DNA from: an uncultured Ruficoccus sp.
GTDB lineage: Bacteria; Verrucomicrobiota; Verrucomicrobiia; Opitutales; Cerasicoccaceae
Assembly (NCBI GenBank): GCA_965140785.1
Contig: OZ223481.1
Coordinates: forward strand, 544,001-608,000
Direction: 5' to 3'
DNA: 64,000 bases
The notes under the pieces are model-generated. The model saw nothing but the letters and a program-made list of their open reading frames with translations. It ran no database searches and had not been told where the DNA came from. Numbering within the stretch: position 1 is the first letter of the stretch; the number at the start of each line of letters is the position of its first letter. Made by a program: the position numbers and the translations under genes. This document shows, piece after piece, positions 9,053-18,460 of this stretch.

Positions 9053-10499
9053 CTAGCCCTTTCAACCAAGCTCGTTACGAGCAATTGTTGGAAGGGCTAG
9101 AGGCAATTGAAATTTCGCGAGAACATTTGATGGATGATAATGGCTATTTTCGTCTAGATGCTGAATTTTATAAAAAAGCTTATGAAAAAGTCATAATGCT
9201 AGTTAAGTCATTTGGAGCAAAGCAATTAAAGGAAATATCTCCTACAATCATTCACCCTACAGAAATCAAGCGTGAGTATGAAGAAGAGGGCGGAACATGG
9301 TTTTTCCGGACACAGAATCTAAGACCTTTATCAATCGAAAAGAACAATGATGTTTTTGTTTCTACGAGTGATGCGGAAAAGCTAAATAAAAATATAATTA
9401 GAAATGGAGATGTTCTTGTGACGCGTACAGGAGCTAATTTTGGTGATTGCGCATATTTTAATTTGGACGAATCCCCAATCGCAAGCTCTCATGTATTAAT
9501 TATACGAAACAGGTCTCTTTCTCAGCCTTTTCTATCTGTTTTCTTAAATTCAAGATATGGTCGTCTCCAAATTAATAAAGGCGCCTATGGGGGGGTCCAA
9601 CCCGAGGTGTCTCCATACTACTTGAGAAACATATGGATACCTGAATTTACTAGGGAGCTCATCCATGAAATTGACGGTAATATTTCGAAAGCACGTGTTA
9701 AAAAGGAGCAAAGTCAAGAGTTGGCTGCTCAGGCGGAGGCAACGCTTTTAGATGAATTAGGCTTGGCTAACTGGACACCGCCCGAGCCATTGTCATACAC
9801 CCGCTCCGCCAAAGAAGTTTTCACCGCAGAGCGACTGGATGCAGAGCATTTCAAGCCTAAATACGATGACCTTATTTCTAGGCTTGCTTCAAATAGTCAA
9901 GAGGTTGTGTCTTTGGGAAGCATAGTCCAACCCATACGAAATGGTTTTGACTTTCGGGAATATGAAGAGTCTGGAACTCCCTATATTCGAGTGGGCGATA
10001 TACATCATGGGCGAATAGATATAGTAGAGGCCAAGAGAATCAGGTTGAACTTTAGTTCTATTAAGAAAAATATAAAACTAATGCATGGCGATGTTCTTTT
10101 TACCCGCAAGGGTAGCTATGGAAATGCCGCAGCGGTTCGTGGAGATGAAGATGGGGCAGTTATTAGTAGCGAAATTATGCTACTAGACTTAATGGAAAGG
10201 GAAGAAAGGTTATGCCTCAATTTTTGGCTACATATTTAAATAGTGTAGCTGGTGCACTTCAATCAGAAAAATGGGCACATGGGGTCGCCTTTTACAGCAT
10301 ATCTCAAGCAGACCTTTCACGTTTTATAATTCCAATACCAGAATGGACCGTACAACAAGAAGTTGCTAAAAGGCTTGAATTGTCAGAAACGGTACGTCGA
10401 GATGCCATTGTGCTATTAGACAAAGCAAAAAGCGCAGTGGAAATCGCCATTGAAGATGGTGAAGTTGCGGCAATTGAATACTTGAAAGGAGATCGGTAA
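9049..10499 (+). CDS. hsdS: RM specificity (S) subunit, split by a frameshift near 10190-10212
   Basis: Two TRD-type repeats (GDVLVTRTG..PFLSVFLNS; GDVLFTRKG..PQFLATYLNS); the second TRD continues in ORF 10212-10499. Confidence 0.85.
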
Positions 10500-11302
10500 T
10501 GCCTGCCGGTAATCAAGAAAATCTCATGCAATGGCTCGACCAATCAACTGTCGATTATTTTACCTGTTTTGTAAAAGCATGGATTCCTTTTAATGCCTGG
10601 TATCGCTATAACTACCCTAGCATCCAGCAAGAGAGGCAGATTCTTGATGCGATAAAAAGTGATGGTAACCGAATGCGCTCAAGGTTTATCGCTCGGATTG
10701 ATCAAGATGGCACTGAGGGTGAAGAGTTACGTCATTGGATAGCCATACTGCATAAGCGCTTGGCAAATGACCCATTAAATTCACCGAAAATGGGATTGGT
10801 GTCCTTCGAGAATGTATTTACCGGTTATAATACTAAAAATAGTTCCGTGATTAAAATAAAACACTGGTTCTACAAAGTTGAAAAAATCACTTCCCCTCAA
10901 AAAAAATACGTGGCCACAGTTACAAGTAATAGAGGCCGTGAAGACTTTAGGTTGGAACAGGAAGGAGACTGGGATTTGGAGAGATTTTCAAATGATGCTC
11001 GTTTAGTGGCATATAACAAAAACGATCAAGCATACTTGATTGATAGATATAAGGAAATAAACCCCAAGGTATATGTTAGTCTCCTGTGTGATAATGAAGA
11101 ATGCTGTGTGATTCTAGGAGAGTATAAATTTACCAGCGACAAGGAAGCGCTCTTTGCAGGGTTAATAGAAATTCTCTATTGCCTGCGGAATATGCTTTTT
11201 CACGGAGAACTGGTGCCCGATAAAACAACAAACTCAACTTATGAGCCAGCATACCATATTTTACGTAGGCTCATGCGCTACATTGTAGGCCATCAAGACT
11301 AA
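10499..11302 (+). CDS. Putative HEPN-domain protein
   Basis: RxxxxH motif (LRNMLFHG) and N-terminal WIPFNAWY helix; start overlaps the hsdS stop (TAATG). Confidence 0.65.
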   Translation: MPAGNQENLMQWLDQSTVDYFTCFVKAWIPFNAWYRYNYPSIQQERQILDAIKSDGNRMRSRFIARIDQDGTEGEELRHWIAILHKRLANDPLNSPKMGLVSFENVFTGYNTKNSSVIKIKHWFYKVEKITSPQKKYVATVTSNRGREDFRLEQEGDWDLERFSNDARLVAYNKNDQAYLIDRYKEINPKVYVSLLCDNEECCVILGEYKFTSDKEALFAGLIEILYCLRNMLFHGELVPDKTTNSTYEPAYHILRRLMRYIVGHQD

Positions 11303-11321
11303 CCCCAGCGTCAATACGACA

Positions 11322-12230
11322 ATGCCAGTACCTACTTACCAAGAAATGCTTCACCCCATTCTGACTTTAGCTGCTCAGGAACCTATCAAACGCAGCACGG
11401 CATCTGAGGCTATGGTGGAGCATTTTAATCTCAGCGATGCAGAAGCCCAGGAAGTACTTCCTAGCGGGAGTGCAACCTATGTTCAAAACCGCACGGGTTG
11501 GGCGATGACATTTCTCACTAAAGCGTCACTCATTGAAAAAGTCGCCAAGGCGACCTATGCCGCTACTGACTTAGGCCATGAATTCCTGAGAAGGTATCCC
11601 AATGGCTTTACTGAAAAAGACCTGCACCAAATCGACGGGTATCAAGAAGCTTGGCAATCCAGTAGAAAAGCAAAAAGAAAAACTTACACTCAGGAAAGCG
11701 AAGAGGAAACACCCGATGAGATTGTCGACAACGCGATGACGACGTTGTTTGCCAAGTTGAAGTCAGAAGTTCTGGCGCAGACTAAGACAATGGAGCCATT
11801 GCGATTTGAAAAACTCGTTTTGGATTTGATGCTGAAAATGGGCTATGGCGGTTCACGCGAGAATGCAGGCCGTTTGACTCAAGCTACGGGTGATGGTGGT
11901 GTCGATGGGCTCATCAATGAGGATAAGCTTGGCCTTGATGTCATATACCTCCAAGCAAAGCGGTATACCGAAACTGTTGTTGGCCGACCTAAGATTCAAG
12001 AGTTTGTAGGTGCTCTAGCTGGAAAGCAGGCAAATAAGGGCGTCTTTATTACAACGAGCACCTTCACTCAGGGAGCGATAGATTTTGCGAATGCCGTGCA
12101 GCAAAAAATCATACTTATCGATGGTGAAAAATTGGCAGCGCTAATGATCGAACATAACCTAGGCGTGTCTACAGAGCGAACTTACTCTATCAAGCGCATA
12201 GACTCAGATTATTTTGAGGTAGATGTGTAG
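11322..12230 (+). CDS. mrr: Mrr type IV restriction endonuclease
   Basis: Mrr_N (PTYQEM..LPSG..NRTGWA) and DGGVDG..YLQAKRY catalytic domain. Confidence 0.95.
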   Translation: MPVPTYQEMLHPILTLAAQEPIKRSTASEAMVEHFNLSDAEAQEVLPSGSATYVQNRTGWAMTFLTKASLIEKVAKATYAATDLGHEFLRRYPNGFTEKDLHQIDGYQEAWQSSRKAKRKTYTQESEEETPDEIVDNAMTTLFAKLKSEVLAQTKTMEPLRFEKLVLDLMLKMGYGGSRENAGRLTQATGDGGVDGLINEDKLGLDVIYLQAKRYTETVVGRPKIQEFVGALAGKQANKGVFITTSTFTQGAIDFANAVQQKIILIDGEKLAALMIEHNLGVSTERTYSIKRIDSDYFEVDV

Positions 12231-12240
12231 GCCGCTGTAA

Positions 12241-12332
12241 GTTTTGTAACCCTGACGGGTTACAAAACTGCTGATTCTGCGAACCGTTTACCTTTTACTC
12301 GTGGTTCTTTTTGCACCCTGATTTTGTAACCC
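12241..12332. repeat. Integrase arm-type repeats TTTTGTAACCC
   Basis: Copies at 12242, inverted at 12257-12268, and 12322; also at 3571 and 33709 before both integrase-A copies. Confidence 0.7.
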
Positions 12333-12459
12333 GAGGTGAAAATTTGGGCGTTTTCGGGATAATCCGAGATTATCAGCGAATTCCAGAAGTCACTTTTTTT
12401 GAGCGACTTGATGACTCGGGATTATTTGTGCAAATTGCTGAATATCAGTGCTTTTTGCG

Positions 12460-12498
12460 TTAGGAAACCGCGGTTCTATCCATTGAACTATGAGGACA
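12460..12498. repeat. att site, copy 2 (displaced tRNA-Arg 5' half)
   Basis: Identical to 3468-3506. Confidence 0.92.
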
Positions 12499-12533
12499 GT
12501 TGAAAATCAGTGTTTTACGTAATTTTGACCTGC

Positions 12534-13514
12534 CTACGCAAACTGTACCGCATTGAGAGTTAGTCTGAGCGGGTTAATGATGTGATTTAGGGTTAGGTTG
12601 TAGAGGGTGTCAAGGCTTGGGCGCAAGGAGGGCGTAGCCCGAGTGTAGCCCATGCCTTGGAAGTTGATGTCGAAGGGGGTTGGTGCGGTTTCTTTGGCTG
12701 CAAACTCGAGCGGCGTGAGCAGTCCGAGTGAACGGTGCGGGCGGATGTTGTTGTATTTCCACCTCCAGTCCTCAATGACCACGCGTGCCTCGGTGAGCGT
12801 ATAAAACCACTCGCGGTTGAGGCACTCATCGCGGAGTCTGCCGTTGAAGGATTCTATGTAGCCGTTCTGCCAGGGACTGCCCGGCTCAATGTAGAGCGTC
12901 TTGATCTCCTCGTCCGCGTACCATTTACGCAGGCTCTTCTCGATAAACTCGCTGCCGTTGTCGCTACGGATGTGCTCGGGGCTGCCGTAGGCACTGATCA
13001 ACTCGCTCATGACGGCTCGCACCTTGGCGGCGTTGAGGTGGCGATCGACGTGGATGCACAGGCACTCACGGGTGTACTCATCGAGTACCGTGAGCATGCG
13101 GATTGATCCGCCCTTAGCCGTACGGTCGGCCACGAAGTCGCAGGTCCACACGTGGTTGCGATGAGTAGCCTTTGTCGGTAAGCCCGTCGAGGGGCCGCGC
13201 CGACGCTGACGAGGCTTCTTAGTCGGACACTTCAGCCCCATCTCCTGGCGCAGGCGCTGCACCAGCCGCTTACCTACGTCCCAACCATCGCGCTTGAGTA
13301 GATGAGTGATTTTCGGGTAACCCAGCTCGGGATGCGCTTCGCTCTTGCGACGCAAAGCCCCACGTAACTTTGCCAACCAGGGCGTAGTCTCCTTCGCCTG
13401 ATAGCCGAAGGTACTGCGATGCAACCCAAAGTGACGGCAGGCCGCCCGCGCTGAACATCTGCCCTGCGACACCAGAGTTTGCGCCATCTCGCGCTTGTGT
13501 GCAGGGCTTACCAT
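12534..13514 (-). CDS. IS3 transposase OrfB (DDE)
   Basis: WTCDF, SDNGSEF, PGSPWQNGYIESFNGRLRDE. Confidence 0.95.
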   Translation of the reverse strand: MVSPAHKREMAQTLVSQGRCSARAACRHFGLHRSTFGYQAKETTPWLAKLRGALRRKSEAHPELGYPKITHLLKRDGWDVGKRLVQRLRQEMGLKCPTKKPRQRRRGPSTGLPTKATHRNHVWTCDFVADRTAKGGSIRMLTVLDEYTRECLCIHVDRHLNAAKVRAVMSELISAYGSPEHIRSDNGSEFIEKSLRKWYADEEIKTLYIEPGSPWQNGYIESFNGRLRDECLNREWFYTLTEARVVIEDWRWKYNNIRPHRSLGLLTPLEFAAKETAPTPFDINFQGMGYTRATPSLRPSLDTLYNLTLNHIINPLRLTLNAVQFA

Positions 13515-13774
13515 TTTTTTTCGAGCGCCTCCTTCAGCAGCTCCTTACCAAGTATCTCGTCCGCCAGCATACGCTTCAGCCGAGCGTTCTCCTTTTGCAG
13601 TTCCTTCAGTTGCTTGGCCTGATCGACTTCCAGCATCCCAAGCTCCCGCTTCCAGCGGTGGAACGTCTGCTCGCTGATCCCTGCCTCGCGGCAGACATCC
13701 ACGATCGCTCTGCCAGCATCAGCGGCGCGTAAAATGCGGATTTTTTGCTCTGTACTGTATCGCTTGCCTTTCAT
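13508..13774 (-). CDS. IS3 transposase OrfA (HTH)
   Basis: RYSTEQ..VCREAGISEQTFHRWK..LKELQKENARLK. Confidence 0.95.
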   Translation of the reverse strand: MKGKRYSTEQKIRILRAADAGRAIVDVCREAGISEQTFHRWKRELGMLEVDQAKQLKELQKENARLKRMLADEILGKELLKEALEKKW

Positions 13775-13837
13775 CGTCTGAGTCCTTTCTAAGCACTCAG
13801 ACTAACTTTGCAAGTGGCACAGTTTAAGTGGACACGG

Positions 13838-14319
13838 TCACTTGCTCTTGCCCCGTTTGAAAAGCCAATTACAAAAAAAGCCAAACGCAACACACGCCCC
13901 AAGGATCATTCGTCCCGACCTGAAATCGGTATTTGTCACGCCCGAGACGAAGGCAACAACAAGCCCGAAAACAATCAGGCCGATTGGAGCCGCGATGATC
14001 GCGACCCCCGATTTCTTAGTCCAGTGCCAATCCTCGGGAGTCGAGCTATCAGTACCGACCTTCGCATTCTTACCCGGTTTTACCTGCCGGTTCGAGATCT
14101 GTTTGGGGGCAGGGGGGGGGGTGAGGCTTGCGGAGGTTTCGGGGGCATTTTCATGTCGCCGAGATCCACGACATCACGGATAGCTCGCCAATCCGTCATC
14201 CCTTCCTTCCAGCACAGGTCGTAGAATCCCAACGTGCCCTCGGAAAGCCGTTGACGAATGTTCTTCTCGTCAATGGGGCCACTCTGCTCACCGCCTCTGA
14301 TGATGTAGTAACTAGCCAT
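13838..14319 (-). pseudogene. GYF_2/DUF4339 membrane protein, frameshifted and ending at the IS terminus
   Basis: YYIIRGGEQSGP..LCWKEGMTDW; after the G-run at 14105-14121 another frame encodes two TM helices up to the IS-derived TGA. Confidence 0.65.
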
Positions 14320-14593
14320 CGGACAACCAACCTCCAGCGAAGGCATTCAACATATAAATCAGCCAGACGACCAATAAGACGATTGCGGCCACCTTGTTGG
14401 ATACTCCCCAACGCTTTAGTTGCCCGCTTTCATCGGTCTTGTTGAAATAGACCGGCCCCGTCAGTACAATAATGCACACAATCAGGACCCCCGGGAATAG
14501 TCCCGCAGTAAGCAGATTTACCAAAAAGAGTATGTTGCATGAGTTGGAGCGCCGAAGCCTTTCATCGAAAACGTGCGAAGCTACTGCTTTCAA
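14312..14593 (-). CDS. Small hypothetical membrane protein (start uncertain)
   Basis: Hydrophobic helices; overlaps the GYF gene start. Confidence 0.5.
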   Translation of the reverse strand: MKAVASHVFDERLRRSNSCNILFLVNLLTAGLFPGVLIVCIIVLTGPVYFNKTDESGQLKRWGVSNKVAAIVLLVVWLIYMLNAFAGGWLSDG

Positions 14594-15226
14594 CTGCTGA
14601 GATTGCGAGTGTTGGGGATATTATCACGGCAATCTGGCGATCGACCAACCAAAGGAAACCCGGTAGTCAAGAGGTACGCGAACTGAGCCGAGTAGCCCGT
14701 TAGTCTGGTGTGTCGTTTGGCACGATCAGCCCAACTGACTGGTTCTATTTTTAAACCAGACAAAAGGACTCGTATGAAGGTGAATCTAGGTGTTCTTATT
14801 ACATGGATGAGTTGGTTCGCAGTATGGCAAAAAATATTTAGCAATTGGCGATTTGATCCTCGCGCCCGACCGCAAGCTTTACGATCCCGCTTTGCGACCG
14901 TGGAGCTCCACGGGAGAGCCCGCTTCTGGAGGGGAGGGGGGCGTCGTGCATACTGCGACTCAATCCCGTTGAAGTGCAAGCTACCGAAGGTATTCACTTC
15001 TGCTGGGCTAAACTACAGGACCGTCCAGGAACAGCGCGGACTTTGGGAGGCGTGCTTGCTCTCCAAGGCAAAGAAATCTCTTTTACAGATGAGGCCGGCC
15101 GTGGAAGAGGCGCTGTTGCGTTACGATTTGCGTGGAGCCCCGCTTGTTGTGTAATTTTGATACACAACTCGAAGGTGACCGGGTTTGTCTGGGGTAACTC
15201 AAATAATAAGAACAAAGACTGGCGAT

Positions 15227-16549
15227 ATGAGAAGCACATCAAGTTGGTTTCATGAAGCCACTTATGGTCTCTTTATTCATTGGGGGCCTTACGCCGTTTA
15301 CGGACGCGGAGAGCAGGTGCTCATGCGCGAGCTCCTAGATCAGCATTCGTACGCGCGTGACGCCTGCCAGTGGCGGCCATTGGCTTTCAATGCCGACGAC
15401 TGGGCTCGCATCGCGGTACAGGGCGGGTTTCGCTACGCGGTCCTGACGGCGCGCCATCACGACGGATTTTGCCTCTGGGACACGGCCACAACGGATTATT
15501 CGAGCGCGCGCCAGAGCGCTAGTCGTGATTTCGTGGCCGAGTATGTCGATGCGTTCCGTCATGCCGGACTGCGAGTCGGGCTCTATTATTCCTGGTGCGA
15601 CTTCCGCATCCCCGCCTTGTTCGACGGTCCAGATCAGAATCCGTCGGGCTGGGAACGGTTACGCGCCTATGTTCACGCGCAAGTACGGGAACTGATGAGC
15701 GCTTACGGAAAGATCGATATCCTGTGGTTCGATGGCGCTTGGCCCGGTTCGAGAGAGGACTGGAAGAGCCGTGAATTGGTCAAGGAGGTTCGGAGACTGC
15801 AGCCTGGAATATTGATTAACAATCGGCTCGGATTCCAGAATTCGGCCAGCGTCCTGCTCGATGAGCATACTGTCAATCAGAGCAACGATGGGGACTTTGG
15901 TACCCCCGAACGGGAAATCGTGGCTGTACCGGGAAGGCTTTGGGAGTCCTGTCAGGTGAGCACTTGGCGATTGTGGGGCTACTCGCCAGGCGAACGATGG
16001 TGGTCGGCGGATGTGCTCCTGGACCGACTGTTGGAGGCATCAAGCCAAGGCGGCAATCTCTTGCTCAATGTCGGCCCAGATGCCGACGGAAACATTCCGG
16101 AAGCCTTTTGCGAACGCAGCCAAGCCATCGGAGAATGGCTTGCGGTTCATGGGGAGGCCGTTTACGGTGTCGAAGCGGTGGACGCTGGGGAAGCAGTTCT
16201 GTTTGGCTGGCAAACACGGCGGGGCCGCATGCTCTATCTGATTATTCGGTTCTGGCCTGGCCCGACACTGCGTTTCCACGGTTTGATGACACCAGTCCGG
16301 GATGTGGTTTTCCTGACCACAGGCCAGCCGTTGTCGTGGCGGCAGGACAAAGATGATTGCGGCCTGCGTATTGACGGACTACCGGAATGCCAACCGAACA
16401 CATTTTTCCCCGTTATTCGGGTTGAGTTGGACGGCGATCCTAGCACTTGGCCTACTTATCAACCCGGGCTCTGGACCGGCGACCCGGGCCGCCTGAAAGC
16501 CTGGGCGGCCAAGCGGGGGCCTGGAGGTATGGCCGACGGCTCTTGGTGA
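15227..16549 (+). CDS. Alpha-L-fucosidase (GH29)
   Basis: YGLFIHWG, TARHHDGFCLW, LWFDG, GGNLLLNVGP. Confidence 0.92.
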   Translation: MRSTSSWFHEATYGLFIHWGPYAVYGRGEQVLMRELLDQHSYARDACQWRPLAFNADDWARIAVQGGFRYAVLTARHHDGFCLWDTATTDYSSARQSASRDFVAEYVDAFRHAGLRVGLYYSWCDFRIPALFDGPDQNPSGWERLRAYVHAQVRELMSAYGKIDILWFDGAWPGSREDWKSRELVKEVRRLQPGILINNRLGFQNSASVLLDEHTVNQSNDGDFGTPEREIVAVPGRLWESCQVSTWRLWGYSPGERWWSADVLLDRLLEASSQGGNLLLNVGPDADGNIPEAFCERSQAIGEWLAVHGEAVYGVEAVDAGEAVLFGWQTRRGRMLYLIIRFWPGPTLRFHGLMTPVRDVVFLTTGQPLSWRQDKDDCGLRIDGLPECQPNTFFPVIRVELDGDPSTWPTYQPGLWTGDPGRLKAWAAKRGPGGMADGSW

Positions 16550-16571
16550 TAGGGCCTGGGGGCTCCTTCCC

Positions 16572-18356
16572 TCAAGTCTGCGTACGGCGATAGGCAAGAG
16601 GGGAGATCTTGAACACGCGCTTGAAAGCCGGGATGAACGATCCGGCGGATGCGTATTGGGCCTTGCGAGCTATTTCGGATACCGGTAGCCGGGTGTGGCG
16701 CAGCTCTAATGCGGCCTGCGCCAGACGTTGGTTACGAACGACCTGGGCGGGCGTTCCGCTATCCCATTGCATATTTAATTTGCGCGTCGTATGTCTGCGT
16801 GAGTAACCTAACTGTTCAGAGAATTTGGTAATGGTTTTTATCTGACGGTAAAAGGATTTCGACATATATTGACATAAGTCGGGCATTGCGGTGCCTTGGT
16901 CGGAATTGAGGGCTTTGACTTGGCCTGACCGGAGAAGCTGCCACCAGCTTTGCAGCCATTCGAAGGCGGCACGGGAAGAAATCACGGATGGGAAATGACG
17001 ATTGGCATGCCAATGCTCGACCCACTTCTGGGCGAAAAGTACGGGTTTGCTTTCCAGGGGCACAGTTGCCGCCCAGTCATGTGCCGCTCCCAGTGCCATT
17101 AAGGCATTATTCCCCCAATTGCATCGACAGTTGAGCCACAGTCGCCGCCAATGGCGTTGTCCATTGAGTTTGGGGGTTGCCCAGCGTCCATTCATAGGCT
17201 GGGGATAAACCACTACCGTGCCGGGGCGGACTTGAAGGGTGGTGTTGCCGGTTTCAAATAAGGCTTCGCCTTCCAAAGTGACCACCCAGAACATTGCGCT
17301 TGTCACTGTGTTGAATGAAAGCTCGAAAGGACTTTCGTATAGCACTTCAGATATGCCTCCATCAAATTGGAAATACGCATCTCCCCAAACGGCAACCGGA
17401 GCGTGCTTGCCTTGAAGTAGGTGCTCATGATCGACGGAAGAGAGAGTTGCCATTTTCACCTTTTTGTGTGGGGCTGGCGACGCTAGCGTTTTCTTGTACC
17501 CGATAGCCCTCGCCTGCGAGGGACGGTAGCCTGTCTCTTTCTTAAAGGTTGTTGCGAAGGAGGACGAGTTGGCAAAGCCGCAACGCTTGGCAATTTCGTC
17601 TATTGTCAGCGTTTCTTCCATGAGCAGTTTCCATGCGTACTGCTGCCGAATGTATTTGAGGACACGGGTTGTGGGCTTATTCCACATTTTTCTTAGCTGT
17701 TGGCTCAACCACACCGAAGAACATCCAAAATACTCTGACAGGCTTTTAATACTGTGGCCGTGATTCTCGAAGATGTCCGTCAGACAGCTGGTGTCGCCGG
17801 AAAGCAACGCGTGCAAATGCAACTGATTCCTTTCTGAGTTCAGGTGAAGACGTGATAACCAATCAAAGATGTATTTGGACAATTCCTCAGGGGAGCCTTG
17901 GGCACTTGCGGCTTTAGCCAGTTTAATGGCGCTTTGAATGACTACCGATCGTGTTGGAAAATACAGATTCGAGCCAAAACGTTGCACCAAATAACGGATG
18001 TAATCGGTGGAAAGTGAGCCAGAGAATTCAAGCAGCAGCCCAATTGGAGACTTGCTATGATTACGCTTGGGAAGCTCAAGATGGAGCTGCATCCGATTCG
18101 CCGGCATATCTGTATTCCAGATACTTCCCGGTTTGAGTATGTCCACTTTTCCACTGATCGGGTCAGCCAATTTCCCCCGGCCTCGCAGCCAGATGAGTTG
18201 GCATGGACCATACAGGTTATTTAAGGGTATTTTTGTGGGCGTTATCGGTAGTATCCATTGATGGCTTTTCAGTGCAAACAGGACGTGGCAGCCTAAAAAG
18301 TCAAACGGTGACATGAGAGGCTTCAAGAGAGGTTTTTCTCGTGGGGTCGAAACCAT
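16572..18356 (-). CDS. Tandem double AraC-family regulator
   Basis: Two AraC HTH signatures: IAKRCGFANSSSFATTFKK and IARKAQYASAGSFIPAFKR. Confidence 0.85.
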   Translation of the reverse strand: MVSTPREKPLLKPLMSPFDFLGCHVLFALKSHQWILPITPTKIPLNNLYGPCQLIWLRGRGKLADPISGKVDILKPGSIWNTDMPANRMQLHLELPKRNHSKSPIGLLLEFSGSLSTDYIRYLVQRFGSNLYFPTRSVVIQSAIKLAKAASAQGSPEELSKYIFDWLSRLHLNSERNQLHLHALLSGDTSCLTDIFENHGHSIKSLSEYFGCSSVWLSQQLRKMWNKPTTRVLKYIRQQYAWKLLMEETLTIDEIAKRCGFANSSSFATTFKKETGYRPSQARAIGYKKTLASPAPHKKVKMATLSSVDHEHLLQGKHAPVAVWGDAYFQFDGGISEVLYESPFELSFNTVTSAMFWVVTLEGEALFETGNTTLQVRPGTVVVYPQPMNGRWATPKLNGQRHWRRLWLNCRCNWGNNALMALGAAHDWAATVPLESKPVLFAQKWVEHWHANRHFPSVISSRAAFEWLQSWWQLLRSGQVKALNSDQGTAMPDLCQYMSKSFYRQIKTITKFSEQLGYSRRHTTRKLNMQWDSGTPAQVVRNQRLAQAALELRHTRLPVSEIARKAQYASAGSFIPAFKRVFKISPLAYRRTQT

Positions 18357-18434
18357 GGCATGTATGTCTCAAATATTGAATTAATATTCAAATAAAAAGT
18401 AGTAGAACATTCTAGAAACTGTTAATATGCAACC

Positions 18435-18452
18435 TTGTTAATGCATTAACAA
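18435..18452. promoter_or_regulatory. Perfect 18-bp palindrome (candidate operator)
   Basis: TTGTTAATGCATTAACAA in the AT-rich divergent promoter region. Confidence 0.55.
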
Positions 18453-18460
18453 ATATCACC

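Larger units (their letters stand above)
3468..12498. mobile_element. Island 1: integrative element with HUH Rep and defence cargo
   Basis: 39-bp direct repeats, integrase beside att, Xis, Rep; visibly AT-richer than the flanks. Confidence 0.9.
12526..13840 (-). mobile_element. IS3-family insertion sequence
   Basis: Imperfect terminal IRs TGACC...AAACTGT...AGTTAGTCTGAG, orfA/orfB with A8 slippery run at 13514-13521; no clear target duplication. Confidence 0.95.

Noticed and set aside
12460..12498. Additional tRNA genes at 12460 and 33613
   Set aside because: Only 5' fragments; no T-arm or 3' acceptor strand
14590..15255. Overlapping ORFs of 80-150 aa
   Set aside because: No recognisable motifs; probably non-coding or decayed
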